Of a stretch of 64,000 bases of DNA, positions 25,741 to 36,552 are shown in pieces. Location of the stretch: assembly GCA_010093705.1 (NCBI GenBank), contig MU006114.1, positions 62,001 to 126,000 of the forward strand. Reading direction: 5' to 3'. A program made the position numbers and the translations under genes. How positions within the stretch are numbered: position 1 is the stretch's first letter; each line of letters opens with the position of its first letter. The notes beneath the pieces are model-generated. The model was not told where the DNA came from, made no database searches, and saw only the letters and a list, made by a program, of their open reading frames with translations. This DNA comes from Patellaria atrata CBS 101060 (Eukaryota).

Positions 25741-28560
25741 TCTGCGATTCAGGTGGGTGTGAATTGTGGTTGACAGTTGCGTTTACACCTCGCTCTGTTG
25801 CTAAGGGCTTGAGCTTTCTGTACTTCAGATGCGGTAGAACTGCCGGGAATACGGTTTACTGCCCTTCCGTTTCCTCGAGTTACCTTGGCGACCAGAGACG
25901 GGATTGTCCTTTTGCTACTGCAGCCCCATGTACCGGTTATGATTGTGTCAGCAGTCATGTCGTTGTCAACTGACCTGTGCTGGATGAGCCGTCTCTTGAT
26001 GCTGTGGAACGAATTTTACGGATTTTGTATGCAAGCCTCGTGAACTTTCCACTGCGTGCGGAACGCATTCTTTCCCATATCATCACAGCCTCTGCTGATG
26101 ATTGTGAATTTGTGACAATTCATCGTGTAACCCCCACGCTGATGAGCGTACGCTAAACACAGGACCCTAAGGTATACAGCTCTCAAATTGTGGTAGTTCA
26201 TTTCCTTTGCTCAGGACGTACAGTAGAAGCTAAATTCTTCTACGCTTTGCGTTAAAGGGGCGGTATTAGGTATATTGCAGTATTGATCGTCGAAATGACG
26301 TATAGCTTGTCGTTAGCTCATGTGTTTTTCACATTTAGCTTGACCCTGCGAATGTGTGTTATACTTATAGTAAGATAGTATGACATGGAGGTTTCCGGAT
26401 CCCGGAATCACCCAGTGTCTATCTTTTCTAAACGTGCGTTTCTGTGAAGGAAGTGGTTAGAATTGGAGTTTAGTGTATCTGTACTAAGAGTATAATAATG
26501 TTACATTCACGAACAAATTAGGGCCGGGATTTCGTGCGTAGTGGACTTCGATCGCCGTCGATGGAGAGAGCTTCCGTAGAATGTATCTAGTGCTATAAGG
26601 ACAACTTCACTCATGACATGAACTTCTGACGACTCTAGAGGGACCTCATGCTTCAAAGAAATGATAGGCACTACACATGGCTGATGGAATATATACAAAT
26701 CATCGCTTTGCTTGATGAGAAATCCAGCTGTACAGTAAGATAAACCTTGATGTCGAAGCGTGAAAACCCTTCCATCAAGTGGCCCAAGCTGAGATCATGG
26801 ACAAGGTTGTGACGAGCCAAGCATGCCGTCCGAACGCAAGCGAGACTCTTTCTGAAGCAAAATTCGACGACATGTTGTCGATGTCTCTCCAATTTCATGT
26901 CATTGCAACGGAGGATAGACCTCGCAAGGCTCCGGATGGGATCAGGCGGGTATAATTGTCCTTTGCGCTAGATATCTTGACGTGGAGATGGAGCAATGGA
27001 GTGGAGTAACCGAAAAGCAACGTATTTACTATCACTCCGTTAGTTGACAGATATCCCATGTCAAGCCATTTAAATTTGTCGGAATGGATCGTGGGATATA
27101 TCTTGTCACTTACCTACATGTTCAGGGTCTGGTCCTAGATAATCCATTTATCTCTTATGCCAAAGTTTGGCCCATTACCCGTAGAGCACTCGTTCTTGAG
27201 TAGTACCGCTGGAGCTATAGTTCAGTAGTAGCCGTCAAGTTTATGTCTCTTATAATCGAAATTCGCCCCTTATTCTCCCTAGTTTCCCTTCCCCTCTATC
27301 AACACTGTAGGGGGTAGATCGTCAACATGGGCACTTTATGACGCGGACAAATTCTCGTATGAGTTTCACGATCATTACTGGTGCCCCTTTTCCTCTTTCT
27401 CCTTTATTCTTTTTTTTTTTCTGACAGACATACCAAGTAACACCGCCATGAACTATTTTCTCCTAGGTGCAATCGTCGCTTTTCTTTTTGAATTCATTAT
27501 ACCTTTAACGTAAAATGTATTTCGTCAGTTTCCTTTTTGATGCGCAGGGATTATATGCCGTTACTCTAGAATCCAGAAGTTTCGAGTCGCAGATGGTCGA
27601 AAGATGTAGTAGTAGCATGGGGAAAGATTGAAGTCGAGTTCGAGTAGAGATGAATGAATCCATTCAGAGGACTTGGACTATTACAAGGGACCCTTGACAG
27701 AGAAATAGTCAGTGATCATTAAATGACATAGACTAAGGAGTTGTTGTATAAAATTACTTTTACAAGTTGTTTGAGCGGTTTGTAGCATAAGACTCCATGA
27801 TAGAAGGCCATCTACATATAGGGATTCTGTTTTTCTTGATGTTGACCGAAGAGTACCAGTGTTCTAATTTTTCTGTCGTGTTTGTATGGCTACATTGTGA
27901 AGGGTATGGTTCGACGGTAGGAAGTGATGCTTCACCATGAGATCTGTGTCTATGTTAGTAAGTTTCCAAAGCTAGATCTATCAATCAGTGACCTTGTATC
28001 GTGATAGATACTCACCAGAGAAGGTTGTGAGGTTATGTACTGTACAACGATAAAGTAACGTGCGCTGAAGTAACATACCATAAGGGGTAGTGTGCGGACT
28101 GTGAACATGGTCTCCACAAGTGTTCGGCAACAACTCGTAAGTAGATTTGTGTGTTTGCAGGGGAAACTCACTTGAGATCAGGTTATTCTATTGTTACAAC
28201 GGGAGTCTATACTTATCGAGACAGAACAGGATAAGTCTAGAAACGCGCCTGGCTTCTCACTTAACGTGGTCAACCACTGGGGTAGGTTTTACAAAGTGAT
28301 AGGATACGTATAACAAAGGCACTTCAAGTTGACGATACAACTTGCTGACTCCTTGACTTCGGGTAATGCTCACAATGAGACAAGACGTACTGTATGGAAA
28401 CAGCGTAACAAGTGAAGTCAAGTTCAAAACCGTAACATCCAAATCTATGGGTAAGATTGATGGTAAGAATAACTACGAAGAATCTAAATACATGAGGGGA
28501 AGACCGTCCTTAAATATTCCTATCCTTCGTAGTTCAATTTGGTGGTGTTCGCCCTGCTCA

Positions 28561-28674
28561 CTCTGCTCGCCCCTCGAGCACGTCGAGCACATCGAGCACA
28601 TCGAGCACATTGAGCACATTGATCGCTCTGCTCGCTCTGCTCGCCCCTCGAGCACGTCGAGCACATCGATCACA
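28561..28674. repeat. Compound minisatellite of 9-bp TCGAGCACA units with a 35-bp internal duplication
   Basis: Five units at 28574-28618 and three at 28648-28674. CTCTGCTCGCCCCTCGAGCACGTCGAGCACATCGA occurs at 28561 and 28635. Confidence 0.85.
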
Positions 28675-31600
28675 TCACGTGATCTCCTACCCGTGATGGT
28701 TGTTCCGTTCCGACACTTCTGCGCTACCGCTCTATGGGTAATGCCGCTTCTTCGTCCTGTGGCCGTAACATCTATGTCCTGTGAGTAAATATCAGTTATG
28801 GGGTTGGTTAAGCAAAAAGCAAGACGCGTGTTTGAATTGTATCACCCTTCCACAAGACATCCTGGATACAAGGGTCTCGTTCAGTTGTGTCATAGAGGGC
28901 CTTTCGGCGAGGACAATAAACACTTCGAGTTGGAGTCATGGACTGAGGTTGTTGTAGATGAGATGATGGTCATCAACATCTGATTTCTTCGTTCAGCTCT
29001 AGTCTGTAGATCCGTCAGTTTCAATGTATCCTAGTGTCTAAACTTCGATTGAAATGGTCTAAATAAAACTCTAATATGTTAGTAACATACCCTATTAAGA
29101 TAGCTTTGCTTGTGATCTATCTTAGTGGTTTTTAAACCCAGAAGATATCGCATACCCAAGAAACATGATCCTGTCACAAAGAATGGTGTGTGCATTGAAC
29201 ATAGAACGGGATGTACCATTTATGACTCCATCCAACATTTTGTCCCTGAGAACTGAGTGTGATGTAAATGATAGTATAGTACAGAAACCTGGAGCTGCTT
29301 TAGTGTATCTACTCAAAGCTCTGTTCTAAGAATCTCTTTGGGGACTGAAAGGAGACTTGATGACATGTGGTACCATATTACTCCCAGTAAACAAAAGATG
29401 AGCCTCTTCAGGTCATCCGCACAAACGTAGCGGCCAAATTTAAAAATCCTCAACAGGTATCATACAAGTACCTAATTCCAAGCGTATATTCGAATAATCT
29501 TCTAGTTTCTATGCAGGTTGACGTCTATCTAGCAGAGTTTGGTAATCGGTACCGCCTCTTGCTCCTCAATTTGGTCCCTTGGTTAAGCTGTTCTTTAGTA
29601 CCCACAACCTTCACGAAGTGCACGCGACCAATTCTTCCTTTTCATGATCAGCTCTATTCTTTTAAAAAGCATATTCGAAAAGACGACTGAAATCCTAGAA
29701 ATCCTGGAGACCGTTGCACCAGTTCCAATAGTTTGAAGGACCGTTTTCACGATACTTGATCGATCCCGCGAAGCATCCTATGCCAACAACAATTCTTTAA
29801 AGGAGGAAAATATAACTCGATAGAAACTTCTCTATCACTATAGCGGAGGGGTGATTTAACTTATGAAGAGACAAAACTGCGCAACCCGCTTCACGGCCAG
29901 AAAGCAGGAGGACCAGTTCTAACAACTTACAGACAAGATAACTATCTTAACTTCCCCTAGATCTTATCGAAACCGAACATTGAGCATAGCAATGCATCAG
30001 AAATTGAGCGTTCCGAATAACATTCTCTCTGACGTAGAGTGTTAGAAGCTCTAGTGGAGTTATTGACACAACTAACCAAAAGGTAGACAGCAAATTTCGC
30101 AGCATTTGGTCGTTGAATTGTTAGATTATACCACTACGGCAAAAGGCCGACCTTAATGCCGGTTTTTGGCAGTAAAGCTTATATCTGACATGAATACTTG
30201 CAATATGAATCAACCACAAGTGAGTACATTCACTTGTCGTTATTACATCTTCACTACTTACTAATCATGGTAGTCCGTAAATTCGAACGAGACTATACGA
30301 TCCATACTTCAACACTGGGTTTCATATCTGCAAGATGGAATAGAGAAAGAACCACTTCGAGCAACGGGGCTTTAGGAACGCATTTTAGTTGGGAGAATAC
30401 TAACATAAGGAGATGATAGTGACCGTCTTATAGATCTGTAGTGAAGCTCATTTCAATCTACATATGAACTAAAAGTATGATCAAGAGCCTTGATGTTTAA
30501 TTACTATACTACTAAAGTTGTGACTACTTAAACTTATAGAGTTCCCTGTCTCCTTACTCAAAATCTTGAGGTGATCACTATGGTTGAGTATGAAAATTTG
30601 GTGCCCTTTTGCAATGTTTATTCGTCGTATGGATTAATGATGGTTGGATTTATCATCAGTGACACCTACTGGACTTCTATTGTAGTACCTTGTCTGCAGA
30701 GACTTCTGGGGACAAAGTGGACTTCTATCGAGCTGCCAAACCGTCAGATAGGGGCTATGACTGAAACTTCCCTGTCTTTACAGAGCTTAATGAGTTGTAT
30801 GACTTCATTGTGCCATACACCGATACTCTCTACCATATAATACTTCGGAGGTTCCGTTGTCAAGAATATTCGATTCAGCGGCGAATAGAATGTGGCCTTC
30901 GAATCGGCGTGAGGGTCATGACAGTAGTTTCAGTCTTGCGGCTGCACCCGTTTGTACCGCAGTAACTAGAGAGTTCGACACTTTACTCTGTCCTTTGGTT
31001 GAACGCTCGCCAAATGGTTCAGACATCAACTAACCGCGGCAGCCGCCCTGGAATGTCAGAATGCTGTCGAGATGGTGGTGATCCTTCTCTAGTTGCTCGA
31101 TGCTAAAGAAACGGAATCTGAGCAAGACATGTCCTACAGGGAGGAACGTACAGTATAGATCGTGCTGTACCGAAGAAGATACAACATAAGGGAATATCTC
31201 TTCACCGGTCGGAGCAAACACACACCAGAGCGAGGTTCAATACTCTTCTAGATCTCCCGCAGTATCTTCCAACGGTCTCTAGTAGTCGGGAGCCTGAACG
31301 GGGCCGTTGGGTGTACAATCTTTGGCACTTATGCTCGAGCTCCCTTTGACAAAGAACCGCCCATAATCATGAAAAGTTTCGATACTTTAACTTTACACCT
31401 TATTCCCGCCAATGACACTGCAATCTTAGGAGCGCCGTCTTAAACCCTGAGTGCGGAAAATAGCAGTATAGAAAATAGATCATCATAACCGCCCCCTTTC
31501 CAAACACGGCTCGGTATTGAAAACAGCAACCCGTCTACTTTCCTTTACAATTTCACTAGACGATCTAATTTCACACTAACAAGGGGGTCGGAAACGCATA

Positions 31601-31935
31601 CTTGGGAAAGATGGGGTGATGTGCTACCCGAGTATGGCTGCAGTTCACCGATTGTGATCATTCCAGGTGGCTTGGTTTGCCAACAGTCTGTATGTAGCGG
31701 GCATGGATTTAGGCAGGTGCACACAGCTTTAGACGCTGTTCCCTGCCCCGAGGCAGACACCTTGACTTTGGATTGAAACGTTTGCCTGAAGGATCTGGAG
31801 TATAATAACCCTCGCTCCCCCGAGCACTTTTTGAATAGATAAGTTTGTTTTTTGATATCACTTTTTATAATATTGTATAGTGTTCATCTATCTATATCAC
31901 TAGTGTTAACATTTCACTACCCTCCTGAGTCGAAG

Positions 31936-33650
31936 ATGGATATAGGATTCATACTAAACAGTGAAGATGTTGAGGCTTTTCGTACACCATCAACCACAGA
32001 GTCGGCTCATACTACTGCACCTTGTTACTCATATGAGAATACATTCTCAACGTCAAGGTTCATTCACTCCTATCAACCAATGGGAAACATCAATTCCCGA
32101 CCCTTATGACCCTACCCGAGTTCATTATCGGGATACCGATGGAGATGTTACCGTGAGGTACCAATAAAGATTCCACCGTAAGATTCGACGATGACAGTCC
32201 CCCTCCTATGGTACCTTCAGCATATCTATCTCCTCATCAGTTAGACATCATCCCTCCCCAGGCCCCAAGACATGATACCCCTTTCGACAAGGCCTACAAG
32301 GACTACAACCAGGACTACAGCCCGATACGACTCCTTCAGGGCAGTGCCCAATTTAGCATGAAAAACAGTCCATAACGCATCTTCCAGTCCACCGTCCAGA
32401 CCAGCACCGCAAAGGACACATCAATAAAGCTCTCAAAGCGCCTCAAAAGGCAACCACGGAAGCCCAGAGCAGCGAAGGCCATCGATCCTAAAGCCGAACC
32501 TGCCAAAAACAAAACGACGAAGAAACCAAAGAAGAAGAAGAAGAAGAAGAGGGCCCTCAACGATCAATGACTGGACGGCCAAGCGGACCAAAATAGTGAA
32601 AGATACAGTGGACAATGACCCGAATAAAACCTTAGCCGAACTGATGGAACTCTTCCGGGAGGAGCCGCTGCTGCAGGGCATGAGCGACAAGTCGCTGCAG
32701 GCGAAGTACGCGTCGCTCCGTCCGAGGGATCCTGTCAGACGTAAGGGTGCTGAAAATGATCAAGATAATCGCTCGATTGTTTAATGACTGTTCTAAAGAG
32801 CGTTTAAATACATGAGAACATGCAGGTTACAGCGTTTATACCTACTAGGCAACTGAGAACATGCAGGCAACAGCGTTGATACCTACTAGGCAGCTGTGTT
32901 AAAGGAATGATGCTAATAACTAGCGTTAGGCAGTAGGAGATATACTTGATTATCCTTTCCACCAAGATCTTCAGTCTAACAAGGGGACCCATACTTCAAC
33001 AGATCCGCTCGATGCGGACGACCTCGCGCTCATCGACGAGAAGGTCGCTTCCTTGGGAGCGCAAAACTTGAGAGCGATTCTGGTCCCGGTTGATAAGGGT
33101 AAGAACAAGGAGAACAAGCCATCAAAGGTCGACACAATGCAGATCGTGGAAGAGCTTAAGTGTGCCACTCAGCAGCTTGGGAGCGAGCATATCAAGATCG
33201 ATTTGGTTCGAAGGATATCAGAAAGATAGAGAGAGAGAGTTCTTGATCTCGCATAGACTAACGTTCGATTCCAAATTCAAGGAGTGGGAAGCGGCCTTAC
33301 CTACAAGGGAGGAGGCGTAGAGGAGCTTAAGAGCGATCGTAGGATCAATGTCGCAGGGGGTTGAAAGGTTCTGAAGACCTTTCTACGAGAAGGCAGTAAG
33401 GGCCGCGATGGAGGACCATAAACTTGAAGCAATAAGGCAGTCCAAAAGGGAAGCTCTAGAGAAGATGGATATTCAGACAGAGGGACCCGATGAATTTGAT
33501 GGAGAAGAAGCAGTCAAGGGCTTCGACGAAGAAGAGGCCCTGGAGGAATTTTTCACGACCATCGCGCGGGCGGACGCTAAACGGGATATTCAGCAAAAGA
33601 TTGGAAGAAAATTATGGGAGGCTTCACTACTACAAAGAGGGGTAAGGTAA
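31936..33650 (+). pseudogene. Degraded gene with Lys-rich NLS and Myb/SANT-like helical domain
   Basis: Starts MDIGFILNS. Broken by frameshifts and stops (e.g. TAA at 32165 and 32373). KKPKKKKKKR is followed, in a shifted frame, by DWTAKRTKIVKDTVDNDPNKTLAELMELFREEPLLQGMSDKSLQAKYASLR and a GTAAGG donor at 32740. Charged helical fragments continue to 33650. Confidence 0.55.
32813..32894. repeat. 41-bp tandem duplication
   Basis: TGAGAACATGCAGGTTACAGCGTTTATACCTACTAGGCAAC / TGAGAACATGCAGGCAACAGCGTTGATACCTACTAGGCAGC (4 mismatches). Confidence 0.9.
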
Positions 33651-34310
33651 GGAGGGGGACACGCATTGGTTCCCTGAGGAGTTAAGTGGTGCTGTCTTCT
33701 GAAGGGCATTGGAATGGAAATGTTCTCCTTCTGATGGTCATTTGGAAGTTTTTGGGACAAAAATGGGCTCTTTCTGATGATTTGTGTTCTTAATGATATC
33801 CACTGTGTTCGAAAGAGGTTGTATTTCTCTTCAGTAATGGCTATCACTATGGTAGATTACCTTCAGTATTGTTAGCGGGGTTCTCAAAATCATTCATTTA
33901 CAACAAGTTTGTATCTATAACGAACGCAGCGAGACCAAATCATAACGCTCACACCTCTTCTTACAATCATGAAAGACCATAATGTTTCTACCACCTCTCA
34001 AAGGTTCGCGGCCGCTCGACTCGACCCGACCCTAGAAAGAGGAGAAGTCAGGGGCTATACCCTCTATTCGATATTTTGGTAAGAAAAGAGCCCACCATGT
34101 ACTGAAATTCCAACCAAATCCCATTTTCGCCATCTTCTCAGCGAAAAAAAAAAAGCCACGAAAGCTTCGCAGCCGGTTCAATTCCTCCCAAACTCCAGAC
34201 ACCAGTTTTCACCAAGGATAGACCTTGGGTTTCCGGACTCGCTGCGTCAATTACGGCATTCGTGCAGTGGCTTCGTGACACGACGACAAAGCCCGGGCAG
34301 CGAGGGAGTC

Positions 34311-35120
34311 CTATGAACCAGTTGCTTCAGACAAACTAGCGCGAACCGGATCAAAAGGCTGCCGTCTGACCGGTGGGCTCTCAGCGGGCACACCGGTGGC
34401 TGGTTGATGAGGCGGCGAAGCACTGGACGACGAGGGCCCATCGTGAGGCGCTGATTGGAGGCTTTGTGCGACTGTTTGATGTTGTTAGTTTGTTTCTTTG
34501 CCTCACTTCCTGGTTTTCAATCCCCGCTGAGGTAAGTCATAATATATTTATAGGACGGTAACTTACACCGGAGCTTCCCCCTTAGTGCCTGAGACAAGCG
34601 CCAATTGTTCACGTCGTCGGAAACCATGGGTAGGCCCTCGGTATATAGCCGATGGTTGACGCGGTCGCGAGCTATCTTTTTAACATCGGGACGAACTTGT
34701 CGCCATGAGGTCCAGTTTGGGTAGGAGCGAAAGAGAGCTTCTGCTTCTTCGCGAGTGATGATCTAATACATGACATTAGTCTTAGTTCTACAATTCGAGG
34801 CGGAATGTGTAGTTGTTTCTCCTTTGGTTGTCATATCGTCGATAAATAACTACATTTTTCATGACAAGGAGATAGCCGATCCGGCCCGTACAGAGCGGAG
34901 AGAAGTTATGGGAAGTCGGATCTACCCATACGCCGATCCGGCACAGTACACCAAACATACGATAATGGACCAGGAATGGGTAGTAACGAGACAAAGAGAA
35001 GAGACCAAATGGTGTATCGACCCGAAGCAGATCACTCACCAGATACAAAGACCACTGATCGTTGTCCAGGCCGGAAGCTAATTGAGCATCCGGCGCTCTA
35101 GCACCCATACTTAAAGCCAT
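34311..35120 (-). CDS. Intact 3-exon, 145-aa uncharacterised protein (Trp-spaced helical domain + Pro/Ser tail with FDPVR motif)
   Basis: Exons 35120-35040, 34762-34567, 34471-34311. Introns GTGAGT..GACTAAT..TAG and GTAAGT..AACTAAC..CAG. Product: MALSMGARAPDAQLASGLDNDQWSLYL|IITREEAEALFRSYPNWTSWRQVRPDVKKIARDRVNHRLYTEGLPMVSDDVNNWRLSQALRGKLR|FAQSLQSAPHDGPSSSSASPPHQPATGVPAESPPVRRQPFDPVRASLSEATGS*. Confidence 0.85.
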
Positions 35121-36552
35121 GGCTTCCGTTCCGCTTCGATCGCTTCGTCTATTTGATGGCGCTACTCGGGAGCCCTAACGTCTTCTCACTTCTCACAACG
35201 GAAAGCCCAGTCCACAATAAGAACAAGCCCAAAACCTTACAATTCGAACGCTTAAGAGCTGGCACGAAAACTCAAACACTCTCTCCAAGAAAGCGATCAA
35301 AAAAGAAAGAGCGAGGGGGGAAAAAAAAGAACAGAATTACGGACAGCGCTTACCTTTCTCCCGTCCACCATGCATCACCTTCCCCCCCCCCCCCCAAAGC
35401 TCAAAAGAAAACATAAAACTCACAAAGAAAAAGCCATACGCACGGACGGACGGTTGGCGTCGATCGGACTTTGTCGACCCGCATGACCCGCCGTACGCTA
35501 ACAGGCCAGCCATTCGTCCTACCTACGCCCGGATGCCTGAAGAGGATAAGGGGGAGGGGACGTGAACGGATGTTAGCCGCCCTCCCTGTAAACGTGCTTG
35601 AAATGGAAGAAAGATATTGGCATACTGCTGAACTTCATGCACGAAATCACTCTCACAGAACCCAGATTTCAGGAAATCTAAAAGACAGACGCTGGTTCCT
35701 CAAGGGTCAATGACCCTACGAGTCTTCTTTATATGGGTGAAGTCTTAGAGATGGACTGACTTTGCATGGGGGGGTTAGTATTCCACGGCTTCAATCCTGA
35801 TCATGACTTCCCCCTGTTTGTCTCGGCTCCCCCTCGCGCCCGTTCGCTAATCGAATCCCCACCCGTGCTGACTGCTACGCGCTCCGAGCGTCATTGCTTT
35901 TCACAACCTCCGCAACCCAAAGGGGTAAAGGAGGACTGGAAGAACTATATCATAAGCATGATATAGGGGAATTAGGAGTGAGAAGAACGCCACGTGCGTA
36001 CTAATAAAGTTATGGACCTTCGATGCATTGGTGGAATGCGCTAAATGGGGACGGCGTGGGTGATGCACGTGTATGATACTAGGTTGACGTTGATGACGGG
36101 AATGATGGACCTGGTAGGAGGATCGTCTGAATATATTAAAGAATGTAAGAAGAGCTCACTCCGGTAATAGAGGCTAATATCTTTTTCATGTCCGTTTCCT
36201 AACTTGCTATTCCACCAAGAGCGCCCAGAGCTTCAGTCAGACCGTGTGCTGTTCGGACTCGCAACACTCGCGGGCTTCTGAACTGTGCTTGGACCCAAAT
36301 GTGTTTGTTCAATTTATGCGTGGTAAGATATTCTCCATTAAAGAATCCATATATCCTCCGTTGAATGACATTGCAGAAGACAATAAGACTGAGAAAAGAA
36401 ATCCGTCTCAATTCTATCCCTTCGCCTGTCGGGCGCATTCCTCTGTACACTACTTCACCAAACCGCTTCCAACTTTGCTGTTTGGGACAGTTGATAACGT
36501 ACAGAGACCGAGGAATGCAAACTGTGACGGACGATAGGATATTGGAAACCAT

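Noticed and set aside
28561..28674. CRISPR-like array or real repeat peptides (EHIEHI / MCSMCS)
   Set aside because: Head-to-tail 9-mers with no spacers, no cas genes, fungal genome; the ORFs are by-products of the minisatellite.
25750..31800. Starship captain (DUF3435) or a transposase at the island's left end
   Set aside because: No recombinase or DDE motifs in the frames I read; a heavily degraded copy cannot be excluded without an HMM search.
34150..34540. Structured ncRNA (U1-like ACTTACCT, RNase P/SRP/telomerase candidate)
   Set aside because: No conserved ncRNA core motifs; the region is explained by intron 2, exon 3 and the 3' UTR of the 145-aa gene.
35090..35125. CCCATACTTAAAGCCA, similar to a 5S rRNA segment
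   Set aside because: The match is very short and is the antisense of the small gene's first codons.
35880..35912. CGAGCGTCATT, similar to the 5.8S rRNA 3' end
   Set aside because: 11-nt match only, with no other rDNA context.
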